Made by a program: the position numbers and the translations under genes
Part shown: piece by piece, positions 1-13,530 of the stretch
Layout of the letters: the number at the start of each line of letters is the position of its first letter
Numbering within the stretch: the stretch's first letter is position 1
Source: Heterodontus francisci
Lineage: Eukaryota
NCBI RefSeq assembly: GCF_036365525.1
Contig: NC_090411.1
Span: 31,822,432-31,886,431 of the forward strand
Length of the DNA: 64,000 nucleotides
Direction of reading: 5' to 3'
The notes under the pieces: generated by a model
Told to the model about the DNA's origin: nothing
The model's database searches: none
Seen by the model: the letters and a program-made list of their open reading frames with translations, nothing else

Positions 1-1642
1 TCTTTTTAGGGACTGATTGCTTGTGTTTTGTAGAAGAACTGTGAACTGGGCTCTCCAATATGAAATATAATTGAATAAAGTGTTTAAAATGGCCCTCTTG
101 AGTGGTTGCTTATTCTGTAATAACCAGAAATTATGAACTTTCTGCAGTAGCTCCTCACTCTCGTCACTCTTGTGGTATGTGCTGGTACTTTCCTTCTGGT
201 GTATTGACATGATTTTGTATTTCTGAGCCATACGATGGTGTAAACTTGATTCTATGTGTACCATGAATGTAATTGACAAAGCAATGATCATGTTGCAACT
301 GGCCATAACCACCAATGCTGTCATTCAAGTCACTACTGCTGACACATACTTATCTTGCCCCTTTCCACAAATGGCAACAAGCTCTTGTTAATTGATCAAT
401 ACAGCAAGACATGAACACCAGGAAAGTTTTTCCAGTGGGTTTGGTATTAAACCATTTCAGAGTAATGACCATAAAGCTGTGGTTTAGTATCCTATTTAAG
501 AATAGTACCTGCTCTTGGAAGTTCAATACCTAATTTTTGAAGTCTGGTTCTGTACCTCAGCTACTACAAACAGCTCATTACTTCTGTTGCAGACTCTGGT
601 AAGCTTGGTGGCAGTGCAGAGTAGACCTACTCACAGTAGTAACTTGAGCTCACTTGCATTAAGTTATTAAACTCATCACACGCAGGCCACTGTGATTGGG
701 GAAATCAAGGTAAAATGCTATGTCTGCTTGCTTTTAACTGGCAACTTGTGGGGAAATGTGTGCTGAGAGCCACTCCTATTTCCTTACCCCCTACAACCCT
801 TCTACAGGACTGAGGAACTGACTATAGTACTAAAGGAAAAATAAGAGCATATGGAACTATACATCAGCAAATGGAAGCAAAGGCATTTCATCAAATAACT
901 CAACACACCAAGCATGTTACACAAAGCTATTTCTCCTGAAACACTTTGACCATACAACGGCTCAATGAATTCAATAGGGAATTGGAAATATTGAATTTAC
1001 AAAGCTTTGGGCTGCTTGAATAGGTGCTAATTTAGTTTTGACAAGGAAATTGCATATACTTGAAATAAAAAATTTCAAAGGGGTAAATGAAAGATGTGAT
1101 GGGCCGAATGGCCTCTATCTGTGCTTGTATGGTTCCATATCCCAATATTCTTGGGCTCTCCATAAATGTATCACTTTGTATTTTGGTCCAGTGTGCATTT
1201 TAAAACAAATAGCAATCATTGTTTCTAAATTGTACTGGATTTGTCTTCTGTGATTCAAATATGGATGCAGCTGTAATAATGCAGTGTGTACAATGAAGTT
1301 TCAGAACTTAGTTGAGTCCTGCACTGGGTACAATGATATTGCAGTCTTCAGTCATCCCACATTAATGTCTTTGCATCTCTCAAAGGCACTTTTGGAGATT
1401 AATAGCACCTCATTTCATACACCGATGAGATAAAATTCTACAAGTTAGTGTGGATTTGAGTGCTGTTTGGTTTAACTGATCCATATTTCAGAAAAAGCAA
1501 TGGCTTCAGCTGACTCATTGTGTTGATCTTGGATTTGAATGAGCTGCAAACATTCTCTGGACTATGTTCGCAACTGAGGTCAATCTTTACCCCACTCCAT
1601 GCTGATACATTTCCTACAGTGTGACTACGAAGAATAGCAGGC

Positions 1643-1825
1643 TAAAGGCCTGCTACCTGACCCGAATCTGACGGGACCCGACGACGTGTGTCGGGTTCGG
1701 GATGGGTCGCTCTTCCGGATCAGACTTTCGGGCTCGGGTTGGGTCAGGTGTGGGAAAAAATGGAAGGACTCGGGCCAGGCCGGGTTCGGGTCGGGTTTTT
1801 TTTCCAGACCCGAGCAAGCCTCCTA
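1643..1825. mobile_element. Short non-autonomous DNA transposon (MITE, hAT-like) remnant
   Basis: GC/CpG-rich island in AT-rich DNA; imperfect terminal inverted repeats (TAAAGGCCTGCT... / ...AGCAAGCCTCCTA) and many subterminal ACCCGA/TCGGGT repeats in both orientations. Confidence 0.5.
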
Positions 1826-1974
1826 ATTGATGGACTAGAACTTATGTTTTTTTCTCCAGAAGAAAAATTTCTGTCTTTACATTTGAAGGGATTGGGTGAT
1901 GGGGGCACAGTTTTAATCCAAGGGAACACATCACATCATCAAATCCAGGACTGAAAATCTGAATCTCTTTTGCA

Positions 1975-3447
1975 TGGATTCGGGGAAGGTTCCATTAGAT
2001 TGGAAAATAGTAAATATAACTCTTTTATTCAAAAAGGGAGACAGAAAGCAGGAAACTACAGGCCAGTTAGCTTAATATCTGTCATAGGGAGAATGTTAGA
2101 AGCTATTATTAAGGACGTTATACCAAGGTACTTAGAAAATGTCAAGGTAATCAGGCAGAGTCAGCTGGTTTTATGAATAGGAAATCGTGTTTAACTAATT
2201 TATTGGAGTTCCTTGAAAAAGTAACATTTTTTGCTGTGGATAAAGGGGAACTGGTGGATGTACTGTACTTAGATTTCCAGAAGGCATTTGATAAAGTACC
2301 ACATCAAAGGTTATTGTGGAAAATAAAAGCTCATGGTGTAGGGGGTAAGATATTGACATGGATAGATGATTGGCTCACTAACAGGAAACAGAGAGTAGGC
2401 ATAAATGGGTCATTTTCTGGTTGGCAAGATGTAATGAGTGGTGTGCCACAGGGATCAGTGCTGGGGCCTCAACGTTTTACAAGCTATATAAATGACTTGG
2501 ATGAAGGGACCAAAGGTATGGTTGCTAAATTTGTTGATGACACAAAGATAGGTAGGAAAATAAGTTGTCAAGAGGACATAAGGGGGCTACAAAGGGATAT
2601 AGATAGGTTAAGTGAGTGGGCAAAGATCTGGCAAATGGAGTATAATGTGGGAAAGTGGGAAATTGTCCATTTTGGCAGGAAAAATAAAAAAGAAGCATAT
2701 TATCTAAATGGTGAGAGATTGCAGAGCTCTGAGATGCAGAGGGATCTGGGTGTCCGAATGCATGAATCGCAAAAGGTTAGTATGCAGGTACAGCACGTAA
2801 TTAAGAAAGCTAATATTGTTACCGTTTATTGCAAGGGAAATCAAATACAAAAGTAGGGAGGTTTTGTTTCATTTATACAGGACATTGGTGAGACCACATC
2901 TGGAGGACTGCATACAGTATTCGTCTCCTTATTTAAGGAAAGATGTAAATGCGTTGGAAGCAGTTCAGAGAAGGTTTACTAGACTAATACCTGGAATGGG
3001 CGGGTTGTCTTACAAGGAAAGGTTAGACAGGCTAGCCTTATATCTGGTGGAGTTTAGAAGAGTAAGAGGCGACTTGATTGAAACATATGAGGGGCCTTGA
3101 CAGGGTGGATGTGGAAAGGATGTTTCCTTTTGTCGGAGAATCTAGAACTAGGGGTAACTGTCTAAAAATAAGGGTCGCCCATTTAAGACCAAGATGAGGA
3201 GAAATGTTTTTCTCTCAGAGGATCATGAATTCTCTTCCTCAAAAGGCGGTGGAAGCATAGTCTTTGAATATTTTTAAGGCAGAGGTAGATAGATTCTTGA
3301 TAAGCAAAGGGGGGGGTGAAAGGTTATTGGGGGTAGGCAGGAATGTGGAGTTGATGTTGCAATCAGATCAGACATGATCTTGTTGAATGGCGGAGCAGGC
3401 TCGAGGGGTCGAGTGGCCTACTCCTGCTCTTAATTCATATGTTCGTA
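1975..3447 (+). mobile_element. 5'-truncated CR1-clade LINE (RT region plus 3' end), frameshifted
   Basis: ORFs 1970-2176, 2173-2856 and 2816-3100 give [38 protein letters not shown] and LVRPHLE..C, all typical of CR1 ORF2; CR1-type 3' tail ends near 3447. Confidence 0.92.
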
Positions 3448-3749
3448 AATCACATGTCAAGACATTGAATCTAGGTCAAACACCAAATTGATGAGCCATA
3501 TTACTGCAGAACATTTTATTCCCACAGTTTCAATCTGATTCAAATATTCATCAACCTCATTGAAAAAACTCGTTTAACATACATTGGCGGGCAGGAAAAA
3601 ACCAACTGGTCCATCAAACCTGCCCCAAGATACACTACAGTAAATGGTGACATGTCTGTGGGTGACATTGTATTCAGTATTGTTCACTCCTTCTCAGTCT
3701 CACTGAATGTGCTGAATTTTATGAGAATGAAAATCAAAAAACTGCCACA

Positions 3750-4710
3750 ACCTTTTGGTCAGCTATGTGACCTTGTCCAATCTACACCTTCTCCTTTGTT
3801 ACCTCTTGCCCCACCCCCACCTCACTTGCTTATAACCTGTGACTTTTCTAATATTTGTCAGTTCCGATGAAGGGTCACTGACCCGAAACGTTAACTCTGC
3901 TTCTCATTCCACAGATGCTGCCAGACCTGCTGAGTGGTTCCAGCATTTCTTGCTTTCAGTTTAAGTTCAATCATTGCTGGTCTGCACCATTGTTTTGTGG
4001 TGCTCTGCCCATAAAACCCCAAAAAGATAACAGGAATGCATTTGGTTGAGTATAGCGGCAACTCAGAATGGGATTGGTAGCTTATATTAAATACCTAAAC
4101 TGCTTTCTCCCCACAGGGCAGTTTCTATTTTAGAAAGAATTATCTGCAGACTCAAAATAGGGCAATACAATCACTGTAGAAACATCCCTTGTATTTTAAC
4201 AAATTACAGCAGATTCAGAGGCAGGTTAACAGGAGTTACAATTACTAGTGGAAACAGTTCCTTGTATTTATCTGCCTAGGCCTCAGTTCCCCAAACCTCC
4301 TTTTTCCTCAATTGAGGATTTCCCCCCACTGTGGTTGACAGGGCCCTCAACCGTGTCCGGCCCATTTCCCGCACCTCTACCCTCACCCCTTCCCCTCCCT
4401 CCCAGAACCGTGACAGGGTTCCCTTGTCCTAACTTTCCACCCCATCAGCCTCCATATCCAAAGGATCATCCTCCGCCATTTCCGCCACCTCCAGCGTGAT
4501 GCCACTACCAAACGCATCTTCCCCTCCCTTCCCCTGTCAGAATTCCGAAGGGATCATTCCCTCTGCGACAACCTGGTCCACTCCTCCATTACCCCCACCA
4601 CCTCGTCCCCGTCCCATGGCACAGATGCTGCCAGACCTGCTGAGTGGTTCCAGCATTTCTTGTTTTTATCTCAGATTTCCAGCATCCGCAGTATTTTGCT
4701 TTTATTTTAA
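3750..4710 (+). mobile_element. Composite Penelope-like element, copy A (Penelope end + captured inverted ferritin 3'-flank + Penelope ORF fragment + end)
   Basis: Terminal motif GATGAAGGGTCACTGACCCGAAACGTTAACTCTGCTTCTC..CACAGATGCTGCCAGACCTGCTGAG, with its 3' part repeated near 4620; ORF remnant ..RGFPPTVVDRALNRVRPISRT..; near-identical to 33324-34364. Confidence 0.7.
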
Positions 4711-5404
4711 TGATTGAACTTAGTTGAGTTCATGATACTAAAGGTAACTACAATTGGCAAGCCGCCTGAAATGCTATCTGTCCTTCTTCCCCTGGTGGAG
4801 AGAGGACAAGGAGTGCAGCCTCCTTGGTAGAGGATTGAAATTGGTTCTGAAAAATCTCATGTTGCTGGAGTGACTAACATGTCTGTCATAGTTCTCTTCA
4901 TTTTAAGAAATTGAGATATTGATGGGCGAGGTATACATCTGCCACTGTGCCCTTAACAAAACACCCTCCTTCAGGGAGGAGTGAATGTGTTTAAATGCAA
5001 AACAATTAACCAAGCACTTACACCCTCCCCATATCTGTTCCATCAATTTCTAAATCCCAATACCAAGAACTGCATAAATGTATCAATTTATACTTAGGGA
5101 CATTGCTATTTGATATGAAATCAATATGAAATTGTACTGGATCTCCATTTGCTGCCTTCACCCCGCTGAATGGAGTCAAATGTTGATGCTGCAATGGTAA
5201 TCCAAATGTTTACATGTTAATTTTAGTAACTTACTTGAGAACTGCAGTGTGTATAAAGAAGTTTCAGTCATTTAATGCTCATGTCTTCACATCACTCAAG
5301 TTTCTGGTCATCTTATTCAATCTTCTATTGTGAAAATCTATAACTGATAAAGGATACCTCTCACCACACAGCTTTTCATAACCACCAACATTCCTAATCC
5401 CTTC

Positions 5405-6620
5405 AGGCAGTGATACTGAATTAAAAGATGTCCTGTGGAAAGGATCAATTAATAGTTCCTCAATCAGTTACCACAGGCCTGAATCCCTGTCTCTGGTCTC
5501 CACCGGGGTGGTCATTGAGTGACCATGTGATGTCCATCAGTTTGGTCAAAATCCTTTACAACCACAGGGCATTTACCGCATCTCGGATCATTTTTAACCA
5601 AAACAGGTTTAAATACCCGGATACATTTTGTGTTCATGTGGGTCAACTGTGCCCATTGGTGGCATCTCTCCCGAGAGGCTCGTTCCTGTAGTTTGATTGG
5701 TGGCTCTGGATGTGAATTACTGACACCCTATCTGGCCCATCTAAAACAGAGATTTAATGCGAGGCATCACATCTCATCTAATTGTCATGCAGACCCCGAC
5801 CTGCCAAGAATGAGGCATATTAATTTTGTCACACGTACATTGATTTTAAACTGTTGCTGGAGTGAAGAAAGGACTTGTTAAAAAATCACCATACACTTGG
5901 CTGGAAAAACATTTGCATACTAACAGACAGTGCTTGGAGAGACAAAGGACTATTCCCTGGTCCACTTAACCCAAAATGTGCTGTGATCGCCAGAGATTGA
6001 AGGTGAGGAAGCTCACATTCCAGGATGACTGCTAAGATGGCAGAATCCACAAGCCACTGAACCCACGGAAGACAGGTAAACTTCACGAGAGAAAAGACTC
6101 CGACCTTGAAACAAGTTGAAGCGTGCACTGGGCCCCAATGAATTGCAAGTCTGACCGGCAACCAGAGACTCCACATTGAACTTAGAGGACAGTAAAAATA
6201 GAAACCCATTTCTTACCTCAAACTTTTCCCCTTTATTCTTTTCTACTTTTCTGTCTCTATCTGCGTCTGTGTTTATCGCGTATGCATACTCGCGGGGTCG
6301 CCTTGCATATTCTTAGTCGTTAACCGGATTAGAGTTTAAGATTAATAAACTTCTACCTTTCTTGTTCAAATCTAAGAAACCCTGTCTGAATTGATTTCTT
6401 GGCCTTACAATTGGAAAGCAGTGAACAAGGACTCACTAAGGGGGAGCTAAAACACGGTGCTTTTTAAAAAATTAAACCCTGTTACGGTTAAACCAGGCAA
6501 AGGCTGAGAGGGAACCCCTCGACCCCTTCTCACCTGGTCGTAACATAATCCAAGACTGAACTACTTCTGCAATGAAACTAGATGTCAAAGCATTGGATCT
6601 CAGAAACACCAACATGAGGC
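5405..6620 (-). repeat. Conserved spacer element (decayed exon-like; see findings), interrupted by a solo LTR
   Basis: Same ~400-bp sequence recurs at ~11955, 17785 (partial), 22350, 27600 (partial), 32460, 39890, 51790, 58110, 58825 and 63925 (tail). Confidence 0.8.
5783..6545 (+). mobile_element. Solo LTR (Gypsy/ERV type)
   Basis: TG...CA termini (TGTCATG...CGTAACA), 4-bp target-site duplication TAAT (5779-5782 and 6546-6549), internal AATAAA near 6343; the host spacer element resumes exactly after it. Confidence 0.8.
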
Positions 6621-7464
6621 AAAAGAACCAGAGGGGGAGATGAGATCTTTTTAAGCAGCGGGTTATGGTCTTGAACGTATTGTCTGAAAGGGTGGTGGAA
6701 GCAGATTCAATAACTTTGAAGAGGGAATTGGAAATGTACGTGGAAAGGAAATAAATTGCAGAACAAGGGGAAAGAGCAGATGATTGGGACTAATCTAGAT
6801 TGCTCTTGGAAAGAGTCAGCACACATATGTTGGGCCAAATGGCCTCCTTCTGTGCTGTAAGAATCTATGATGACCCAGGCTGTTATAGAAAATCTGAGTA
6901 ACATCTTTTCAATCAGATTCAAATAATCTTAATAATCTTTAGCTTCATTGGAGGTTGACCATAAAAGGATTCGTCTAACATACAGAATTGATGGGCAGGA
7001 AAAGACCAACTGGTCCATCAAACCTGCTCCAAAACACACTGCAGCAAATGGAGACGTGTCTGTGGGTGACACTGTATTCAGTAATGTTCACTCCCTCTCA
7101 GTCTCACTGAGTTTGACCAGACAACATTTCATAAAAAAAAGCAAATCTGCCATATCCCACCTTCCATGACACAGTCGATACCCCCTGCAGCTAATCCTCA
7201 AACACACGCCCATTCTCTATATTAGAACTGGGGGTGATTCACACCATCCGCAGGATGGAATTTCCATTTCTCTGTCCAGAGGTTGGTTTGTAAATTCACT
7301 CAAGACAACTTGATTGATTTGAATATTGTATCAGCTCCATAGTTCCCTGCAAGTAACAAATTTGGCCAAATTATGAAAAGACACTTCAGCAAAAGTAATT
7401 CAAATGAGAGCATTAAATAACGAGACATTTTCAGATTTGAGTTAGTTGAAGGAATCCAAAAGCA

Positions 7465-7664
7465 GTGATATCATTAAGACTAACCTCCCAAACCTGCCTG
7501 TATTCCAAAGCTCTGATTGGCTCTGGGTCTCACCCAACCCCCACATCCCGTCTCCTTTGTCAATTGGTGCCTGGATTCATGGGAGATTCCTGACTGGTTA
7601 TCAGGCATTGGTGATTTGGTGATGTCATTCACCATTTGAATGCAGACTGTCCCAATAGTATAAA
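7465..7664 (+). promoter_or_regulatory. Ferritin copy 1 proximal promoter
   Basis: Inverted CCAAT (CTGATTGG, ~7513), kappaB-consensus GGGAGATTCC 7581-7590, TGATGTCA 7620-7627, TATAAA 7659-7664; same module lies upstream of every copy. Confidence 0.7.
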
Positions 7665-7735
7665 TACAAGAGCTTGTCAGGAAGAGATTCTATTGTTGTG
7701 TTTGAACTTATTGTTTGTGAACAGTATAAGTTAAA

Positions 7736-10516
7736 ATGGCTTCCCAAGTTTGTCAGAACTACCACAAGGACTGTGAGGATGCTGTTAACAAGCAGATCAA
7801 CCTGGAGCTATATTCCTCCTATGTTTATATTTCCATGGTGAGTTTTGTGTCCTTTGCCACTGGATTCTGATAGTTGTAATTTCTCCAGTTCAATATTCTG
7901 GATTTTAAACTATTTCTTTTGACTAGCCACCCTGCTCCCAAAAGGTTGGTGATGTGAGGGTGGGGTTTAGTCTTTGCTGAGTGAGTGCTTCCTGTGCATA
8001 ACAGGGTAAACTTGTTGAGTTAATAGACTGTTCCTTGTAGCAGCTGCTCTGAAGATAAATAGCTGAAACTAGTTCAGCTGTTGGCTTAGTTTGTAACTGA
8101 GCTTCAAACCTGATCATGTGCTTCTTAACATTAAACAAGGTCCTGTCTCAATGGGGTGACGAGCTGGTGAAATATTGGCAGGTCCTTCATCATTTTACTT
8201 GCCTTTAACTGGAAGTGAAGCACTGAGTTCTGTTGTTGAAGCCTGTTTGCTGTCTAGATGTCCATTGCAACATATTGCAGTGTAAAACCTGGAGTTTTTA
8301 TTCTTGGGATGTGAATGAAAGCCAGCCTTTTTTTTTTTATTGTGTCCCTTGAAGTGGTGGTGCCTTGAACTGCTGCAGTCCATGTTGTGTAGGTATCTTT
8401 ATCTGTAGCAGTTTGGCACAACTGAGGGTCTTGCTAGGACAATTGAGTCAACCACATTACTGTAGATCTGGAGTCATGTGTAGGCCAGACTGGGTGAAGA
8501 TGGTAGATTTCCTCCCCTGAAAGACATTGGTGACAGAAGTTTTTACAACATTGCTGTAACTTCATGGTCATGTTCTATTCCACATTTATTAACTGAATTT
8601 AAATTCCCCAACTGCTGTTAGGATTTGAGCTAGTGTCTCTGGAGCATAAGTCTGAACCTCTGGATTAGTCCATAATGCAAGTAACATGACCACTATGCTA
8701 ATGTCCCCTGAAAACTACTGGATGTAGGGTTCTTCTGTAGATGCATGCCCACATTAGCATGTGAAGAATTTGTATTTTTGCAGAACACTTCACCACTGCT
8801 TTGGTATGTCGGAGTGCTTTAATGGCCAATGATTTACTTTTTTGAAGTGTATTCCCTTGTAATTTGGGAGTGCACAGAAAACTGTCTTGAACAATGAGTG
8901 AATGATCCAATCATATAATTGGTGTTAGTTGAAAGTAAACATTCTCCAGGAGACTGGAGAATTCACCTGTCTGAAATTGTACCGAAATTTTAAGCCCACA
9001 TGTGGACTGATGGGCCATTTGATTGGAAGTAGGAGGTGGTATCAAACGGAGTTTTAATCTGAAATGTAGTTGGGTTTTTTGACTTAAATTCGTTTCATTT
9101 TGCATAACGGGAGGAAGCTACTAGTAAAACAAAATTTTGCTAGTTAACAAATGATATTTACTTTTCAACTGAGCTCACTAACTGGGAGTTAAAGTGTGTG
9201 AATTTCTACACTGATCTTTCAGCATGAAGCTGTTTAAATTCTCTCCACAGTCCTATTACTTTGACCGGGATGATGTTGCCCTGCGTCACTTTGCTGAGTT
9301 CTTCAAGGAGCAGTCACATGAGGAACGGGAGCACGCTGAGAAACTGCTGAAATTCCAGAATAAACGTGGAGGCCGAATCATCTTGGAGGACATCAAGGTT
9401 GGATTCAATGAATATGTGGCCTCCTGTCTGGATCCCCTGAGACTAATTGTTTTAAATGCATTCTAGATCACTAGTTCACTTTTGGTTCATGGCTTGATGC
9501 AGTACATTTTTTTATGCTTTGTATTGGTTCCTGGTAACATGGACCTCTGGTTGATTTCCATTCCTGTTTATCTTGTGGGCAGCACAGTGGTTAGCACCAC
9601 AGCCTCTCAGCTCCAGCGACCCGGGTCCAGTTCTGGGTACTCCCTGTGCAGAGTTTGCAAGTTCTCCCTGTGACTGGGTTTTTGCCGGGTGCTCCAGTTT
9701 TCTCCCACAGCCAAAGACTTGCAGGTTGATAGGTAAATTGGCCATTGTAAATTGCCCCTAGTGTAGGTAGGTGGTAGAATGGTGGAGATGTGGTAGGGAA
9801 TATGGGATTAATGTAGGATTAGTATAAATGGGTGGCTGTTGGTCAGCACAGACTTGGTGGGCTGAAGGGCCTGTTTCAGTGCTGTATGTCTAAACTAAAC
9901 CTTGTATTATCTTTTTTTTTAATTTGTTAAATCCATTGTAAGTGAACTGTCTGACTTTCGTCTTCAGAAGCCAGAGCAGGATGAGTGGAGCAATGGTCTG
10001 GAGGCAATGCAGAGAGCTCTGCAGATGGAGAAGGATGTGAACCAGAGTCTGCTGGATCTGCACAAACTCTCCACTGGCAACACTGACCCTCATGTAAGTT
10101 CTGAATGTGGGGTGGTGGAATATCACTATTGAGCTGATTCAAAAGATCTCATGCCTGATAGTTGTGCTGGTGTCTTTTGAGAACTTTAGGGAATGGAGGC
10201 TCAATGTCTCCATGATCCTGGGAACTAAGCACCTATTGCACAGCAATTACAGCATCACTGGAGCAAACCTGCATTGTGGTGTAAGTTTGACTCCTCCAGT
10301 CCAAGAGGTAGCTGAAACATTCCATTCTCTCCTGCTGGACATAACCAGTTTTCCCCTCTTTTCAGTTGTGACTTCCTGGAGACTCACTACTTGGATGAGC
10401 AAGTGAAGATGATCAAGAAGCTTGGAGATCACATCACCAACCTGAAGAGACTGGGAGCCCCTGACAATGGCATGGGAGAGTACCTGTTTGACAAGCACAC
10501 CCTGGGGGAAGAGTGA
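7736..10516 (+). pseudogene. Ferritin H/M-type subunit copy 1, frameshifted at start of exon 4
   Basis: Exons 7736-7837, 9251-9397, 9968-10093, 10366-10516 with GT/AG boundaries; exon 4 begins TTGTGAC instead of TTGTGTGAC (2-nt deletion), giving TTG TGA; poly(A) signal replaced by an A31 run. Confidence 0.8.
9577..9900 (+). mobile_element. tRNA-derived V-SINE/HE1-like SINE in intron 2 of copy 1
   Basis: tRNA-like head GGGCAGCACAGTGGTTAGCAC, central GAGTTTGCAAGTTCTCCCTGTG, CR1-like tail and (TAAAC)n end; flanked by CTTGT duplication. Confidence 0.8.
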
Positions 10517-10648
10517 CTGAACTGACTGCAGGGATGAAATCTATTGTATTTAATGTGATTTAGTCTTGTATAGGAAACCCCCTGCTGCCCCATCCTGGAG
10601 GGAACCATTTCCTATCTTTGTACAGAGCTGTGTAACTTGGGCTTTGAA

Positions 10649-10651
<3 letters not shown>

Positions 10652-10682
<31 letters not shown>
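10652..10682 (+). repeat. A31 homopolymer at the position of the ferritin poly(A) signal
   Basis: Other copies read ..ACTAAATAAACTGCTCAATATTGGAC; here ..ACTT(A)31TGTTCAATATTGGAC. Confidence 0.85.
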
Positions 10683-10684
<2 letters not shown>

Positions 10685-13530
10685 TTCAATATTGGACTGG
10701 GTTTGCCTCCATGTATTAATGCTATTAAGACAAATGACACTAATAGTTTTATTTTTTCCTTCTGGAGAAATTCTGATGGATTTGAATTGGATGTTCAAAA
10801 TCTGATTCTAGTTCTGGGTATACCTTGCATCAAAACAAATTTGCTTTCATTTCAATGAATTACAGCATTTCTCCATCTAGTTGCAATATACTAATTTGAA
10901 TTATCATAGCATCTTGATGTAAAATGAAACACCTTTTTGAATGTTTTATAACCAAAGTTTGATGGAGGTGAGATGGGTGCCCAAAGCTTTCTGCATAGCC
11001 CTGGTTTTAGAATATGTCTTGGGCTGAAAGGTTTAGGCAGTTAAATACAAGGAACTGCTTTCACTATAGTTAGCAGGAGTTAGTTATTAAATTGCAATAG
11101 TTATTAAATGTGTAAAAATACAAGGGATGTTTTCCAGTGACTATTGCTGCATGTTCAATTCTACCTGAGAATAGAAACTGCCCTGGAAAAAGCAGTTTAG
11201 GTATCTAATGTAAGCTTTTACCAATCCCATTGAGTTGCTACTATGGGATACACTATGGTAATTCACTGAACTAAACTCATTACTGCTACTATAATTTTTG
11301 ATAGGGGTTGGAGTGAGGACAAGGAGTGCAGATTGCCTGTTGGGAAAAGATTGAAATTTAGTTCTGAGAAAGATCTTGTTGGCTCTAGTGAATAATTTGT
11401 CTGTCATAACTCACCAAGAAGTTAGGTAAGATATTGAATGGTGAGAAATGTCTGTGTGCACTGTGCTCTTCACATAAATCCTTCTGGGAGGAGTGAATGT
11501 GCTTAATTAAGATACTAAGCAAATTAAATAGACACCTGGGGGAAAATCACTCCTTCCTGCTCTCTGCCCCTTCCCATATCTGTTCCATCAATTTATAAAC
11601 CCAACATCAATAGTGACAAAAATGAATCAATTTGTATTTAGATGCATTGTACATTTCATACCAAATGACAAGTATCATTTTGAAATTGTACTAGATCTCC
11701 ATTTGGTGCCTTTGCCCCTATGAATGGATTCAACTGTTGCTACTGCAATGGTAGTAATCCAATAGTTAAAGATAATTCTAGTAATTTACTAGAATTGAGT
11801 ACAATAAAATTAGTCTTCAATCATTTCATTTTTGTCTTTTATCTCAAATTTTTAGTAATCTTATTCAGTCTTTTATTGTTTGAAAATCTATAAATGACAA
11901 AGGATACTTCTCAGCACATTGAGCTTCTCATAACCTCAACATCTGTACTCCCTCCAGGCAGTGATACTGAATTCCAAGAGGTCCTGCAGAAAGGATCAAT
12001 CAATAGTTCCCTCAACCAGTAACCACAGGCCTTGATCAAAGTCTCTGCTGTTCACCTGGGTGGCCAAGTGCTATCCATCAGTGTGGTCAAAACCCTTTGC
12101 AACAGCAGGCCATTCACTGCATCTCATCATTTTTGACCAGAACAGATGTTAAATACCTGGATACGTTTTCTGTTCAGGTGGGTCAACTGTGCCCATTGGT
12201 GGTATCTCTCCTGTATCTCTGCCTGTAGCTTGATTGATGACTCTTAATATGAATCACTGCCACCCTGTATAAAACAGATTTAATACCAGCCGATATATCT
12301 CATCACCTAATCCAGGATTGAACCACTCTGCAATGAAACCAGATGTCAACAGATTGGATCTTGGAGAAACACTAACATGAGGCAAAAGATTCAGAGGGCA
12401 GATGAGAATTACTTTTAAGCAGCGAGTTATGGTCTTGAACGCATTGTCTGAAAGGGTGGTGGAAGCAGATTCAATAACTTTGAAGAGGGAATTGGATATG
12501 TACATAAAAAGGAAATAAATTGCAGGGGCTATGGGGAAAGAGCAGATGATTGGGACTAATTTGGATTGCTCTTGGAAAGAGTCAGCACAAGTATGATGGG
12601 CCAAATGGCCTCCTTCTGTGCTGTAAGAATCTATGACGACCCAGGCTGTAAGAGAATAAGCACATATCATTTTAATCAGATTCCAACATTCTTTAGCCAC
12701 ATTGAAAGTTGACCATAAAAGGACTCATCTAACATACAGAATTGATGGGCAGGAAAAGACCAACTGGTCCATTAAGACTGCCCCAAAACACACTGTACCA
12801 AATGGAGACGTGTCAGTGGGTGACACTGTATTCAGTAATGTTCACTCCCTCTCATTCTCACTAAATTTTACCAGACAACATTTCACGAGAATAAAAAGCA
12901 AAACTGCCACATCCCACTATCCATTAAACAGTTGAAGCCCCCTGCAGCCAATCCTCCCCATTCTCTACATTAGTGCTAGGGGTGATTCACACCATCCACA
13001 GGATGGAATTTCCAGTTTCTGTGCAATGTTTGGTTTGCAAATTCACTCAAGACAACTTGATTGCTATGCTTTGGCACAGACATGATGAGTTCTGTGCTGT
13101 CACCTTTCTACCAGCTTTGAATATTGTATCAGCTCCTAGGTTCATTACCGGTACCAAACTGGACCAAATTATGAAAAGCCACTTCAGCAAAAAGAGCAAA
13201 TTAATTTAATTCAAAGTTGCGATTCAGAGAGCATCAAACAATGAGACATTTTCAGATTTGAAGAAGGTCAAGGAATCCAAAATAGCCTAATCTCCCAAAT
13301 CTTCCTATATTCCAAAACTCCGGCTCTGTGTCTCATCCCCTCTCCTTTGTTAATTGGTGCCTGGATTTATAGAAGATTCCTGAGTGGCTATCAGGGATTG
13401 TCAGTCAGCATGGTGATGTCATTCCCTGTTTGACTGCAATAGTATAAGTACAAGAGCTTCTACTAAAAAGGATTAGTTCCAGAATTTTCTAGGTGATGGT
13501 GAGCAATAACTGTGTCTAGAAATCGTGAAG

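Noticed and set aside
4248-4499. Proline-rich 83-aa ORF duplicated at 33980
   Set aside because: An off-frame reading of a Penelope ORF fragment across a chimeric junction
6985-7035. Repeated hairpin GGGCAGGAAAAGACCAACTGGTCCATCAAACCTGCCC upstream of several copies as an ncRNA
   Set aside because: Resembles the reverse-complemented 3' stem-loop tail of an old CR1-type element that was co-duplicated with the unit
9224-9466. ORFs starting [13 protein letters not shown].. as alternative ferritin N-termini
   Set aside because: The MKLFKFSPQ part is the intron-1 polypyrimidine tract and acceptor; there is no promoter evidence
9890-10498. Recurrent minus-strand ORFs ([12 protein letters not shown]..., [12 protein letters not shown]...) in most units
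   Set aside because: They are antisense shadows of ferritin exons 3 and 4; their conservation is explained by the sense-strand gene
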